The position numbers and the translations under genes were made by a program. Below the pieces are notes generated by a model. That model had not been told where the DNA came from. It did no database searches and worked only from the letters and a program-made list of their open reading frames with translations. DNA of 64,000 nucleotides, from assembly GCA_965242525.1 (NCBI GenBank), contig OZ251459.1, positions 3,072,001 through 3,136,000 of the forward strand, written 5' to 3'. The stretch's first letter is position 1. Every line of letters begins with the position of its first letter. Origin of the DNA: an uncultured Candidatus Binatia bacterium. Its GTDB lineage: Bacteria; Desulfobacterota; Binatia; UBA9968; JAJDTQ01. This document shows positions 1-14,010 of the stretch, one piece after another.

Positions 1-1
1 T

Positions 2-442
2 TATCCGCCCGTGGAGGCTTTCGAGAGGCTGTCGCAATACGCGAACGAACGCGGCGCTCCGGAGGGGCGACCCTATTTCAGCATGGACGGACAGGCCCCC
101 CTGTCCGGTTCCCGGTGGGCGCGGCTACGGGCAAAGTTCACCTGCGACGTAGGGGTAACGAATGTGTGGCGCGAACCGCAACTCAGCGGCTCGGAACGAA
201 TCCAGGGAACGAGGAACGGCATGAAGTACAAGTTCAGCAGCCTGCACGGCAGCCAGAAGCCGTTGAAGTTCATGGAACTCATCATCCGTGCGACGACGGA
301 TGAAGGCGACGTCGTGTGGGAGCCCTTCGGCGGATTGTGCCCGGGAGCAGTGGTTTCCCATCGTCTCGGACGTCGATACCACGCCGCGGAGATTATCCCC
401 GAATTCTACGCCGCAGCAGTAGAAAGGCTGGCCTCGTCATGA
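2..442 (+). CDS. DNA methyltransferase (N4C/N6A type), C-terminal part; 5' end outside window
   Basis: Frame is open from position 2 (YPPVEAFERL...). It ends with HGSQKPLKFMELIIRATTDEGDVVWEPFGG...AAEI, the H-x-x-Q-K-P plus SAM-binding motif I arrangement of beta-class amino-methyltransferases. Confidence 0.85.
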   Translation, partial: YPPVEAFERLSQYANERGAPEGRPYFSMDGQAPLSGSRWARLRAKFTCDVGVTNVWREPQLSGSERIQGTRNGMKYKFSSLHGSQKPLKFMELIIRATTDEGDVVWEPFGGLCPGAVVSHRLGRRYHAAEIIPEFYAAAVERLASS

Positions 443-775
443 ATGACGAGGTTGCTTCGTCCGGCCCGCGCCGGGAGCCGCTTTCCGCGGACGATGAGCA
501 TTATCAACTTCGGACGATTGGCGCGTACCGGAATGATGGACTCGTATGTACAGAAGCTCAACGAGGTCCAACTATGCGGTATCAAGACGGACTATTGGCG
601 GCAGTTCCTGAAAGCGTTCCAGGAGAGCACCACGGATGCGGAAGCTCGCGCCGCCCTCGAACGGCTGAATCGACGGGTGCATCAGACGACCGATGTCGCT
701 TCCCCAAAGGCCCAATCTGCGTTGACGATCATAGACCAACTCGAACGCCTGCTCGATCTGCCGGAGGACCTTTGA
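439..775 (+). pseudogene. MTase partner gene (putative nuclease), apparently internally deleted and frameshifted near 505-514
   Basis: ATG at 439 overlaps the MTase stop (ATGA) and reads MNDEVASSGPRREPLSADDEHYQLR. A different frame carries a protein-like C-terminus (NFGRLARTGMMDSYVQKLNEVQLCGIKTDYWRQFLKAFQE...) to TGA 775. The nuclease identity is inferred from context. Confidence 0.5.
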
Positions 776-789
776 CCCGGTCCGCTACA

Positions 790-923
790 GGAAACCCTGA
801 ACAATCGGGACAGGGGGAATAAGCGCGTCCTTCGACTCCGCTTCGCTACGCTCAGGACGAACGGAGACAGGAGGGTCAGGATGAGGGAATCCGTCCTGGA
901 TGTCTCGATTGTTCAGAGGTTCC
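790..923. mobile_element. MITE-like element (copy A) with ~23-bp imperfect terminal inverted repeats and an internal REP-like palindrome
   Basis: Left end GGAAACCCTGAACAATCGGGACA and right end TGTCTCGATTGTTCAGAGGTTCC are near reverse complements. Related copies at 2216, 31436, 31803 and 54265. Confidence 0.7.
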
Positions 924-939
924 TTTCGTAAGAATGGAT

Positions 940-1015
940 GGATTCCCGCTTTCGCGGGAATGACGGGGGCAGGCGTCTGCGGGAATGACGAGGCAGGCGC
1001 CTGCGGGAATGACGG
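940..1015. repeat. REP-like palindromic repeats (ATTCCCGCTTTCGCGGGAATGAC family), three tandem or partial units
   Basis: GCGGGAATGACG occurs three times; the first unit is the hairpin TTCCCGC-TTTC-GCGGGAA. Confidence 0.75.
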
Positions 1016-1027
1016 CAAGGCGTTCCC

Positions 1028-2023
1028 TCAGTCCGCCTCGGCCCGCTGGGTGCGGCCCATGAGGTCGCGCACAGCCTGCATGGGGTCCTTGTCCTCGTAC
1101 AGCACCCGGTACATCTGGTCCACGATGGGCATCTCGACTCCGAAACGCCGGGCGAGGCCGTGGACCGTCCGCGTGTTGCGGACGCCTTCGGCCACCATCC
1201 GGGTCCCGGCCACCACGTCCGCAAGACGGCTTCCCCGCCCGAGCTCGAAACCGACTTGGCGGTTGCGGCTCAGGCGGCCGGTGCAGGTCAGCACCAGGTC
1301 GCCCAGGCCCGGGAGGCCGGACAGGGTGACCGGGTCGGCGCCCATCTTCACGGCGAGCCGGGTCATCTCGGTCAGGCCTCGGGTAACCAGGGCGGCGCGG
1401 GCGTTGTGCCCCAGGTCCAGGCCGTCGCTGACGCCCGCGGCGATGGCGATGACGTTCTTGATCACGCCGCCCATCTGCACCCCCAGCACGTCCGTGGAGG
1501 TATAGACCCGCAACTCCGGGCAGCCGAGGCTCCGTTGCACGCTCCGCGCCACGCCGGGGTCGGCGCTGGCCGCGGTAAGGGCCGCGGGCAGCCCCTTGGC
1601 AACCTCCAGGGCGAAGGTCGGCCCGGACAGGAACGCGTACCGCCGGCCGCGGCCCAGGACCTCCGCCAGGACCTCGCCCATGGTCTTCAGGGTCGCCTCC
1701 TCCAGGCCCTTGGAGCCGCAGGCCACGGTGGCCTCCCGCGCGGCGAACGGCGCCGCCCTGCCCATCACCCCGCGCAGGAAGTGCGACGGCGTCACGCAGA
1801 CGAGCAGCTCTCGACCGGAAACCGCGGTCTCCAGCGAACGGGTGACCTGAAGGTGCGCGGGCAGCTTGACGCCGGGCAGATAGGTTGCGTTCTCGCCGGT
1901 CTCGCGTATGCGCGCGAACGTTTCCTCGGAGTTGCACCACAGGGCGACGTCAGCGTGCTTCCTGCACAGCAGCACCGCCAGGGCCGTGCCCCACCCGCCT
2001 GCGCCTATGACGCCGATGGACAT
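1028..2023 (-). CDS. gpsA: NAD(P)H-dependent glycerol-3-phosphate dehydrogenase
   Basis: GAGGWGTALA Rossmann motif; LSGPTFA, KNVIAIAAG and GLGDLVLTCTGRLSRN motifs. Confidence 0.97.
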   Translation of the reverse strand: MSIGVIGAGGWGTALAVLLCRKHADVALWCNSEETFARIRETGENATYLPGVKLPAHLQVTRSLETAVSGRELLVCVTPSHFLRGVMGRAAPFAAREATVACGSKGLEEATLKTMGEVLAEVLGRGRRYAFLSGPTFALEVAKGLPAALTAASADPGVARSVQRSLGCPELRVYTSTDVLGVQMGGVIKNVIAIAAGVSDGLDLGHNARAALVTRGLTEMTRLAVKMGADPVTLSGLPGLGDLVLTCTGRLSRNRQVGFELGRGSRLADVVAGTRMVAEGVRNTRTVHGLARRFGVEMPIVDQMYRVLYEDKDPMQAVRDLMGRTQRAEAD

Positions 2024-2045
2024 CCAGGAATCCCGGCCGGCGGAC

Positions 2046-2130
2046 GGCCCCTGCCCTCACCCCCAACCCTTCTGCCGGAGGGAGAGCGCGTCCTTCGACT
2101 TCGCTTCGCTACGCTCAGGACGAACGGGGA
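2046..2130. repeat. REP-like repeats (CCCTCACCCCCAACCCT-type and GCGCGTCCTTCGAC...GCTCAGGACGAACGG-type)
   Basis: Same GCGCGTCCTTCGACT(T/C)CGCTTCGCTACGCTCAGGACGAACGG unit as at 823-864; it lies inverted relative to the copy at 2275-2316. Confidence 0.7.
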
Positions 2131-2215
2131 TGGGATCCCACCGCTCTTTCCCGTCCTTCATTGGCGTCAACGGGGGTAACCACGTGCAACCCATGTTCCC
2201 GGTCCAACCTGTAAA

Positions 2216-2362
2216 GGGACATCTGAACAATCGAGACATCCGGGATGGATTCCCTTACCCTGACCCTCCTGTCCCCGTTCGTCCTGAGCGTAGCGAAGCG
2301 AAGTCGAAGGACGCGCTTTTTATGGGGAGAAGCACATCGAGCCGGAATGGAACAGAGGTTCC
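2216..2362. mobile_element. MITE-like element (copy B, inverted, one end degenerate)
   Basis: Begins GGGACATCTGAACAATCGAGACA, contains the inverted REP unit, and ends CAGAGGTTCC. Confidence 0.6.
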
Positions 2363-2401
2363 TAAACCATGTCCGGCTTGCACAGCCCGTCCGCTGTCCG
2401 T

Positions 2402-4837
<2,436 letters not shown>

Positions 4838-4915
4838 GGACGGGGACTCGGCGATGGCAAAGGAGGCGCGTCGGCAACGGACCGACAGGAGGGAGGAAGC
4901 GACACGGGCGAAGGT

Positions 4916-7522
<2,607 letters not shown>

Positions 7523-8779
7523 TCATCCGTCGCAGACTTCCGGGCGTTGCTCGATGTATTCGAGCAGGGCCTCTGCGGCCCATTGATGGCCGGCGGGGCT
7601 CCAGTGGCCGTCGTGGGGCCAGTGGGCGTCCGTGAGCTTGGCGCCCTGGCGGAGGATGTAGTCGGCTTGGTCGATGACGGGAATGCCGAGAGTCGCGGCC
7701 ATTTCGCTCATTCGCTCGAACAGGGAAGTTCCGGGGTTCTTCAGCGTGTGTGTCGCCAGGATGACCAGCGCAGCGCCGTCCCGGTCGGCGCGCCGCTGGA
7801 ACTGCTCCAGCGCGAAGCGGGTGTATTGCAGGGCGTCCTCGTAAAAGGGAGGCAGGTCCCTTCGAGAGAAGCCTCGCTCCATGTCGGCCAAACTGGCGGG
7901 CCGCCATCCTTCGAACATCGCAGCATAGCCGGGGTGCTGCCTCAGAACCTCCTGTTTCCGGAAGAACCGGTGTCGTGTGTCACGAGGAGGAACCAACGCC
8001 TTCTTCAACGCGTTCTTCTTGGCGGACAACCAGAGGGCAAACCGTGAATGGGCCATCGCCTCCCTTCCGGCGAGGGCGGTCCCCGATGGCTGGGGCCAGA
8101 AACCCTCTGGGAGCTGGTCCTGGGGGTAGGCCCATGCCAGTTCCAACTCCCCGTCCGGGCGCTTTCTCACCATGGGCTCCCAGCCCCATCCCCAGCTCCC
8201 TGCTGCCCACTTCAGTGCCCTCAGAAGCCGCGTGTTGTTGCCGAAATCATTGTCGACGAAGACCAGCACGAGCAGTTTGGGACGGAAGCGTCGGGCATAT
8301 TCGTCGTAGAACGGCAGTTGCTGGACTTGGCCGGTATTTCCCACCCCGAAGGCCGAGGTCGTGACTTCCATTCGGGGCAACCGGGCAGCGGCGAGTTCTT
8401 CGAGGCGAACCTGGACCTTGCGGTGGATGGGGACCTCCATCGCCTCCACGAAGGAGTCGCCGATGACGGAGACGTGGCAGGTTGCTGCGGCGCGTTCGGG
8501 GCTCGGGGGCTCCCGGTCGAGGAAGCCCAAGCTGTTGGTGCGGGAGACGTTCCAGAAGTCGAGTTCGTTGGTATGGCGTATCTCCGTGTTCGGCGGTCTG
8601 AGATAGCCTACGTTCGGGACGAACACCAAGGGGCGGCTCGGTCCCATGAACGGCACGGTCAGACGAAGCCAGGCTTCTCCGGCCAACCCCACCAGCGCGG
8701 CGCCTGCGACCAACAGAAGCACGTTCCATCCGATGAGGCGCAGCGCACGACGGAACCCGGCCATTGACGAAGATACCAC
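7523..8779 (-). CDS. Membrane-anchored SGNH/GDSL-family hydrolase or acyltransferase (AlgJ/AlgX-like), copy 1
   Basis: N-terminal TM helix, block I VIGDSF, G..N.G..QQ, VDND, and C-terminal D-x-H (HDGHWSPAGH). Confidence 0.8.
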   Translation of the reverse strand: MVSSSMAGFRRALRLIGWNVLLLVAGAALVGLAGEAWLRLTVPFMGPSRPLVFVPNVGYLRPPNTEIRHTNELDFWNVSRTNSLGFLDREPPSPERAAATCHVSVIGDSFVEAMEVPIHRKVQVRLEELAAARLPRMEVTTSAFGVGNTGQVQQLPFYDEYARRFRPKLLVLVFVDNDFGNNTRLLRALKWAAGSWGWGWEPMVRKRPDGELELAWAYPQDQLPEGFWPQPSGTALAGREAMAHSRFALWLSAKKNALKKALVPPRDTRHRFFRKQEVLRQHPGYAAMFEGWRPASLADMERGFSRRDLPPFYEDALQYTRFALEQFQRRADRDGAALVILATHTLKNPGTSLFERMSEMAATLGIPVIDQADYILRQGAKLTDAHWPHDGHWSPAGHQWAAEALLEYIEQRPEVCDG

Positions 8780-8814
8780 GGCGTCCCGCCTGCCTCAAGC
8801 CGCGCCCGAGGCGG

Positions 8815-10068
8815 TCACCCGTCGCAGACTTCCGGGCGTTGCTCGATGTATTCGAGCAGGGCCTCTGCGGCCCATTGGTGGCCGGCGGGGTTCCAGTGGT
8901 AGTCGTGGGGCCATCGGGCGTCCGAGAGCCTGGCGCCCTGCCGGAGAATGTAGTCGGCCTGGTCGATGACGGGAATGCCGAGAGTTGCGGCCATTTCGCT
9001 CATTCGCTCGAATATGCGGGTTCCGGGGGTCTTCAGCGTGTGTGTCCCCAGGATGACCAGCGCGGCGCCGTCCCGGTCGGCGCGCTGCTGGAACTGCTCC
9101 AGCGCGAAGCGGGTGTATTGCAGGGCGTCCTCGAAAAAGGGAGGCAGGTCCCTTCGAGAGAGAGCCAGATTCACGTCGGTCCAAGTGGCAGGCTGCCATC
9201 CTTCGAACATCGCAGCATAGCCGGGCTGCCGCATCAGAGCCTCCCGTTTCCGGGAGAACCGGTGTCGTGCGCTGGAAGAAGGAGGAGGAGGAAGAAACGC
9301 GTTCTTCTTGACGGACAACCAGAGGGCAAACCATGAATGGGCCATCGCCCTCCTTCCGGCGAGGGCGGCCCCCGATGGTTGGGACCAGAAACCCTCTGGA
9401 AGCTGGTCCTGGGGGGAGGACCATGCCAGTTCCAACTCCCCGTCCGGGCGCTTTCCCACCATGGGCTCCCAAGGACGTTTTCGGCTCCCTGGCAATGAAC
9501 CCAACGATCTCAGAAGCGGCGCGTTGTTGAAGAAATCATTGCCAACGAAGACCAGCACGAGCAGTTTGGGATGCAGCCGCCGGGCATATTGGTCGTAGAA
9601 CGGCAGTTGCTGGACTTGGCCGGTATTTTCCAACCCGAAGGCCGAAGTCGTGACGTCCAGGTGGGGCAAGCGGTTGGCGGCGAGTTCTTCGAGGCGAACC
9701 TGGAGCTTTCGATCGATGGGGACCGACAGCGCCTCCACGAAGGAGTCGCCGATGACGGAGACGTGGCAGGTTGCTGCGGCGCGTTCGGGGCTCGGGGGTT
9801 CCCGGTCGAGGAAGCCCAGGCTGTTGGTGCGGGAGACGGTCCAGTAGTCGTGTCCGTTGGTATGGCGTATCTCCGTGTTCGGCGGTCTGAGATAGCCTAC
9901 GTTCGGGACGAACTCCAGGGGTGGGCTCGATTTCAGGAACGGCACGGTCAGGCGAAGCCAGGCTTCTCCGGCCAACCCCACCAGCGCGACGCCTGCGACC
10001 AACAGAAGCACGTTCCATCCAATGAGGCGCAGCGCACGGCGGAACCCGGCCATCAACGAAGATACCAC
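8815..10068 (-). CDS. SGNH/GDSL-family hydrolase or acyltransferase, copy 2
   Basis: Same motifs (VIGDSF, VGND, HDYHWNPAGH). Confidence 0.8.
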   Translation of the reverse strand: MVSSLMAGFRRALRLIGWNVLLLVAGVALVGLAGEAWLRLTVPFLKSSPPLEFVPNVGYLRPPNTEIRHTNGHDYWTVSRTNSLGFLDREPPSPERAAATCHVSVIGDSFVEALSVPIDRKLQVRLEELAANRLPHLDVTTSAFGLENTGQVQQLPFYDQYARRLHPKLLVLVFVGNDFFNNAPLLRSLGSLPGSRKRPWEPMVGKRPDGELELAWSSPQDQLPEGFWSQPSGAALAGRRAMAHSWFALWLSVKKNAFLPPPPSSSARHRFSRKREALMRQPGYAAMFEGWQPATWTDVNLALSRRDLPPFFEDALQYTRFALEQFQQRADRDGAALVILGTHTLKTPGTRIFERMSEMAATLGIPVIDQADYILRQGARLSDARWPHDYHWNPAGHQWAAEALLEYIEQRPEVCDG

Positions 10069-10103
10069 GGCGTCCCGCCTGCATCAAGCCGTGTCCGGGG
10101 CGG

Positions 10104-11354
10104 TCACCCGTCGCAGACTTCCGGGCGTTGCTCGATATATTCGAGCAGGGCCTCTGCGGCCCATTGGTGGCCGGCGGGGTTCCAGTGGTAGTCGTGGGGC
10201 CACCAGGCGTCCGAGAGCTCGGCGCCCTGCCGGAGGATGTAGTCGGCCTGGCCGACGACGGGAATATCGAGGGCCGCGGCCATTTCGCTCATTCGCTCGA
10301 ATATGCGGGTTCCGGGGGTCCCCAGCGTGTGTGTCGCCAGGATGACCAGCGCGGCGCCGTCCCGGTCGGCGCGCTGCTGGAACTGCTCCAGCGCGAAGCG
10401 GGTGTATTGCAGGGCGTCCTCGTAAAAGGGAGGCAGATCCCTTCGAGAGAAGGCTCGCTCCATGTCGGCCCAACCGGCAGGCCGCCATCCTTCGAACATC
10501 GCAGCATAGCCGGGCTGCCGCATCAGAGCCTCCCGTTTCCGGGAGAACCGGTGTCGTGCGTTGGAAGAAGGAGGAGGAAACAACGCGTTCTTCTTGGCGG
10601 ACAACCAGAGGGCAAACCGTGAATGGGCCATGGCCTTCCTTCCGGCGAGGGCGGCCCCCGATGGTTGAGGCCAGAAACCCTCTGGGAGCTGGTCCTGGGG
10701 GTAGGCCCATGCCAGTTCCAACTCCCCGTCCGGGCGCTTTCTCACCGTGGGCTCCAAACCCCATCCTCGGCTCCATTCTGTCCACTGCAGTGCCCTCAGA
10801 AGCGGCGTGTTGTTGTCGAAATCATTGTCGACGAAGACCAGCACGAGCAGTTTGGGACGGAGCCGTCGGGCATATTCGTCGTAGAACGGCAGTTGCTGGA
10901 CTTGGCCGGTATTCCTCAACCCGAAGGCCGAGGTCGTGACGTCCAGGCGGGGCAACCGGCTGGCGGCGAGTTCTTCGAGGCGAACCTGGAGCTTTTGATC
11001 GATGGGGACCTCCATCGCCTCCACGAAGGAGTCGCCGATGACGGAGACGTGGCAGGTTGCTGCGGCGCGTTCGGGGCTCGGGGGTTCCCGGTCGAGGAAG
11101 CCCAGGCTGTTGGTGCGGGAGACGTTCCAGTAGTCGAGTCCGTTGGTATGGCGTATCTCCGTGTTCGGCGGTCTGAGATAGCCTACGTTCGGGACGAACT
11201 CCAGGGGTCGGCTCGATGCGATGAACGGCACGGTCAGTCGAAGCCGGGCTTCTCCGGCCAACCCCACCAGCGCGGCGCCCGCGACCATGATGAGCGCATT
11301 CCATCCGATGAGGCGCAGCGCGCGGCGGAACCCGGCCATTGACGAAGATACCAC
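10104..11354 (-). CDS. SGNH/GDSL-family hydrolase or acyltransferase, copy 3
   Basis: Same motifs (VIGDSF, VDND, HDYHWNPAGH). Confidence 0.8.
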   Translation of the reverse strand: MVSSSMAGFRRALRLIGWNALIMVAGAALVGLAGEARLRLTVPFIASSRPLEFVPNVGYLRPPNTEIRHTNGLDYWNVSRTNSLGFLDREPPSPERAAATCHVSVIGDSFVEAMEVPIDQKLQVRLEELAASRLPRLDVTTSAFGLRNTGQVQQLPFYDEYARRLRPKLLVLVFVDNDFDNNTPLLRALQWTEWSRGWGLEPTVRKRPDGELELAWAYPQDQLPEGFWPQPSGAALAGRKAMAHSRFALWLSAKKNALFPPPSSNARHRFSRKREALMRQPGYAAMFEGWRPAGWADMERAFSRRDLPPFYEDALQYTRFALEQFQQRADRDGAALVILATHTLGTPGTRIFERMSEMAAALDIPVVGQADYILRQGAELSDAWWPHDYHWNPAGHQWAAEALLEYIEQRPEVCDG

Positions 11355-11389
11355 GGCGTCCCGCCTGCCTCAAGCCGCGCCCGGGGCGG

Positions 11390-12646
11390 TCACCCGTCGC
11401 AGACTTCCGGGCGTTGCTCGATGTATTCGAGCAGGGCCTCTGCGGCCCATTGATGGCCGGCGGGGCTCCAGTGGCCGTCGTGGGGCCAGTGAGCGTCCGT
11501 GAGCCTGGCGCTCTGGCGGAGGATGTAGTCGGCCTGGTCGATGACGGGAATGCCGAGAGTCGCGGCCATTTCGCTCATTCGCTCGAACAGGGGAGTTCCG
11601 GGGTTCTTCAGCGTGTATGTCGCCAGGATGACCAGCGCGGCGCCGTCCCGGTCGGCGCGCTGCCGGAACTGCTCCAGCGCGAAGCGGGTGTATTGCAGGG
11701 CGTCCTCGTAAAAGGGAGGCAGGTCCCTTCGAGAGAAGCCTCGCTCCATGTCGGCCAAACTGGTGGGCCGCCATCCTTCGAACATCGCAGCATAGCCGGG
11801 GTGCTGCCTCAGAACCTCCCGTTTCCGGAAGAACCGGTGTCGTGTGTCACGAGGAGGAACCAACGCCTTCTTCAACGCGTTCTTCTTGGCGGACAACCAG
11901 AGGGCAAACCGTGAATGGGCCATCGCCTCCCTTCCGGCGAGGGCGGTCCCCGATGGTTGAGGCCAGAAACCCTCTGGAATCTGGTCCTCGAGGAAAGCCC
12001 ATGCCAGTTCCAACTCCCCGTCCGGGCGTTTTCTCACCATGGGCTCCAAACCCCATCCCCAGCTCCATTTTGCCCACTGCAGTGCCCTCAGAAGCGGCGT
12101 GTTGTTGCCGAAATCATTGTCGACGAAGACCAGCACGAGCAGTTTGGGACGGAAGCGTCGGGCATATTCGTCGTAGAACGGCAGTTGCTGGACTTGGCCG
12201 GTATTTCCCACCCCGAAGGCCGAAGTCGTGACCTCCGTTCGGGGCAACCGGGCAGCGGCGAGTTCTTCGAGGCGAACATGGAGCTTGCGGTGGATGGGGA
12301 CCTCTCGCGCCTCCACGAAGGAGTCACCGATGACGGCGACGTGGCAGGTTGCTGCGGCGCGTTCGGGGCTCGGGGGTTCCCGGTCGAGGAAGCCCAGGCT
12401 GTTGGTGCGGGAGACGGTCCAGAAGTCGAGTTCGTTGGTATGGCGTATCTCCGTGTTCGGCGGCCTGAGATGGCCTACGTTCGGGACGAACACCAAGGGT
12501 GGACTCGATTTCATGAACGGCACGGTCAGACGAAGCCAGGCTTCTCCGGCCAACCCCACCAGCGCAGCGCCCGCGACCATGATGAGCGCATTCCATCCGA
12601 TGAGGCGCAGCGCACGACGGAACCCGGCCATTGACGAAGATACCAC
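11390..12646 (-). CDS. SGNH/GDSL-family hydrolase or acyltransferase, copy 4
   Basis: Same motifs (VIGDSF, VDND, HDGHWSPAGH). Confidence 0.8.
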   Translation of the reverse strand: MVSSSMAGFRRALRLIGWNALIMVAGAALVGLAGEAWLRLTVPFMKSSPPLVFVPNVGHLRPPNTEIRHTNELDFWTVSRTNSLGFLDREPPSPERAAATCHVAVIGDSFVEAREVPIHRKLHVRLEELAAARLPRTEVTTSAFGVGNTGQVQQLPFYDEYARRFRPKLLVLVFVDNDFGNNTPLLRALQWAKWSWGWGLEPMVRKRPDGELELAWAFLEDQIPEGFWPQPSGTALAGREAMAHSRFALWLSAKKNALKKALVPPRDTRHRFFRKREVLRQHPGYAAMFEGWRPTSLADMERGFSRRDLPPFYEDALQYTRFALEQFRQRADRDGAALVILATYTLKNPGTPLFERMSEMAATLGIPVIDQADYILRQSARLTDAHWPHDGHWSPAGHQWAAEALLEYIEQRPEVCDG

Positions 12647-12681
12647 GGCGTCCCGCCTGCCTCAAGCCGCGCCCGGGGCGG

Positions 12682-14010
12682 TCATCCGTCGCAGACTTCC
12701 GGGCGTTGCTCGATGTATTCGAGCAGGGCCTCTGCGGCCCATTGGTGGCCGGCGGGGCTCCAGTGGCCGTCGTGGGGCCAGTGGGCGTCCGTGAGCTTGG
12801 CGCCCTGGCGGAGGATGTAGTCGGCCTGGTCGATGACGGGAATGCCGAGAGTCGCGGCCATTTCGCTCATTCGCTCGAACAGGGGAGTTCCGGGGGTCTT
12901 CAGCGTGTGTGTCGCCAGGATGACCAGCGCAGCGCCGTCCCGGTCGGCGCGCTGCCGGAACTGCTCCAGCGCGAAGCGGGTGTATTGCAAGGCGTCCTCG
13001 TAAAAGGGAGGCAGGTCCCTTCGAGAGAAGCCTCCCACCACGTCGCCCCAACTGGTAGGCCGCCATCCTTCGAACATCGCAACATAGCCGGCAGCATAGC
13101 CGGGCTGCCGCATCAAAGCCTCCCGTTTCCGGGAGAACCGATGTGGCGCGTTGGAAGGAGGAGGAGGAAACAACGCCTTCTTCTTGGCGGACAACCAGAG
13201 GGCAAACCACGAATGGGCCATCGTCTTCCTTCCGGCGAGGGCGGTCCCCGATGGTTGGGGCCAGAAACCCTCTGGAATCTGGTCCTTGGGGAAAGCCCAT
13301 GCCAGTTCCAACTCCCCGTCCGGGCGCTTTCTCACCATGGGCTCCCAAGGACCTTTTCGGCCCCCTGGCAATAAACCCAACGATCTCAGAAGCGGCGTGT
13401 TGTTGCGGAAATCATTGTCGACGAAGACCAGCACGAGCAGTTTGGGACGGAGCCGCCGGGCATATTGGTCGTAGAACGGCAGTTGCTGGACTTGGCCGGT
13501 ATTTCCCATCCCGAAGGCCGAAGTCGTGACTTCCATGCGGGGCAACCGGGCAGTGGCGAGTTCTTCGAGGCGAACATGGAGCTTGTCCTCGTTGGGGACG
13601 TCCGGCGCCTCCACGAAGGAGTCGCCGATGACGGCGACGTGGCAGGTTGCTGCGGCGCGTTCGGGGCTCGGGGGTTCACGGTCGAGGAAGCCCAGGCTGT
13701 TGGTGCGGGAGACGGTCCAGAAGTCGTGTCCGTTGGTATGGCGTACCTCCGTGTTCGGCGGTCTGAGATAGCCTGCGTTCGGGACGAACTCCAGGGGTTT
13801 GCTCGATTTCAGGAACGGCACGGTCAGGCGAAGCCAGGCTTCTCCGGCCAACCCCACCAGCGCGGCACCCGCGACCAACAGAAGCACGTTCCAGCCGATG
13901 AGGCGCAACGCACGGCGGAACCGGCTACCGGGGGGAGTTGCAAGTGTGCAGCCGCGGTCCGAAAGCGTCAGCGGCGCCGGTTCGTTCAGAGGTCCATCTT
14001 TGCTGACCAT
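12682..14010 (-). CDS. SGNH/GDSL-family hydrolase or acyltransferase, copy 5 (distinct N-terminus; start uncertain)
   Basis: Same motifs. The likely ATG at 14010 (MVSKDGPL...) overlaps the end of the upstream gene. Confidence 0.75.
   Translation of the reverse strand: MVSKDGPLNEPAPLTLSDRGCTLATPPGSRFRRALRLIGWNVLLLVAGAALVGLAGEAWLRLTVPFLKSSKPLEFVPNAGYLRPPNTEVRHTNGHDFWTVSRTNSLGFLDREPPSPERAAATCHVAVIGDSFVEAPDVPNEDKLHVRLEELATARLPRMEVTTSAFGMGNTGQVQQLPFYDQYARRLRPKLLVLVFVDNDFRNNTPLLRSLGLLPGGRKGPWEPMVRKRPDGELELAWAFPKDQIPEGFWPQPSGTALAGRKTMAHSWFALWLSAKKKALFPPPPSNAPHRFSRKREALMRQPGYAAGYVAMFEGWRPTSWGDVVGGFSRRDLPPFYEDALQYTRFALEQFRQRADRDGAALVILATHTLKTPGTPLFERMSEMAATLGIPVIDQADYILRQGAKLTDAHWPHDGHWSPAGHQWAAEALLEYIEQRPEVCDG

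Noticed and set aside
940-1015. Short regularly spaced repeats resembling a mini-CRISPR
   Set aside because: Units are REP-like hairpins with very short, similar spacers, and no cas genes are present.
7523-13923. Diversity-generating retroelement as the cause of SGNH variation
   Set aside because: Differences are block-wise and include indels, are not adenine-specific, and there is no reverse transcriptase in the window.
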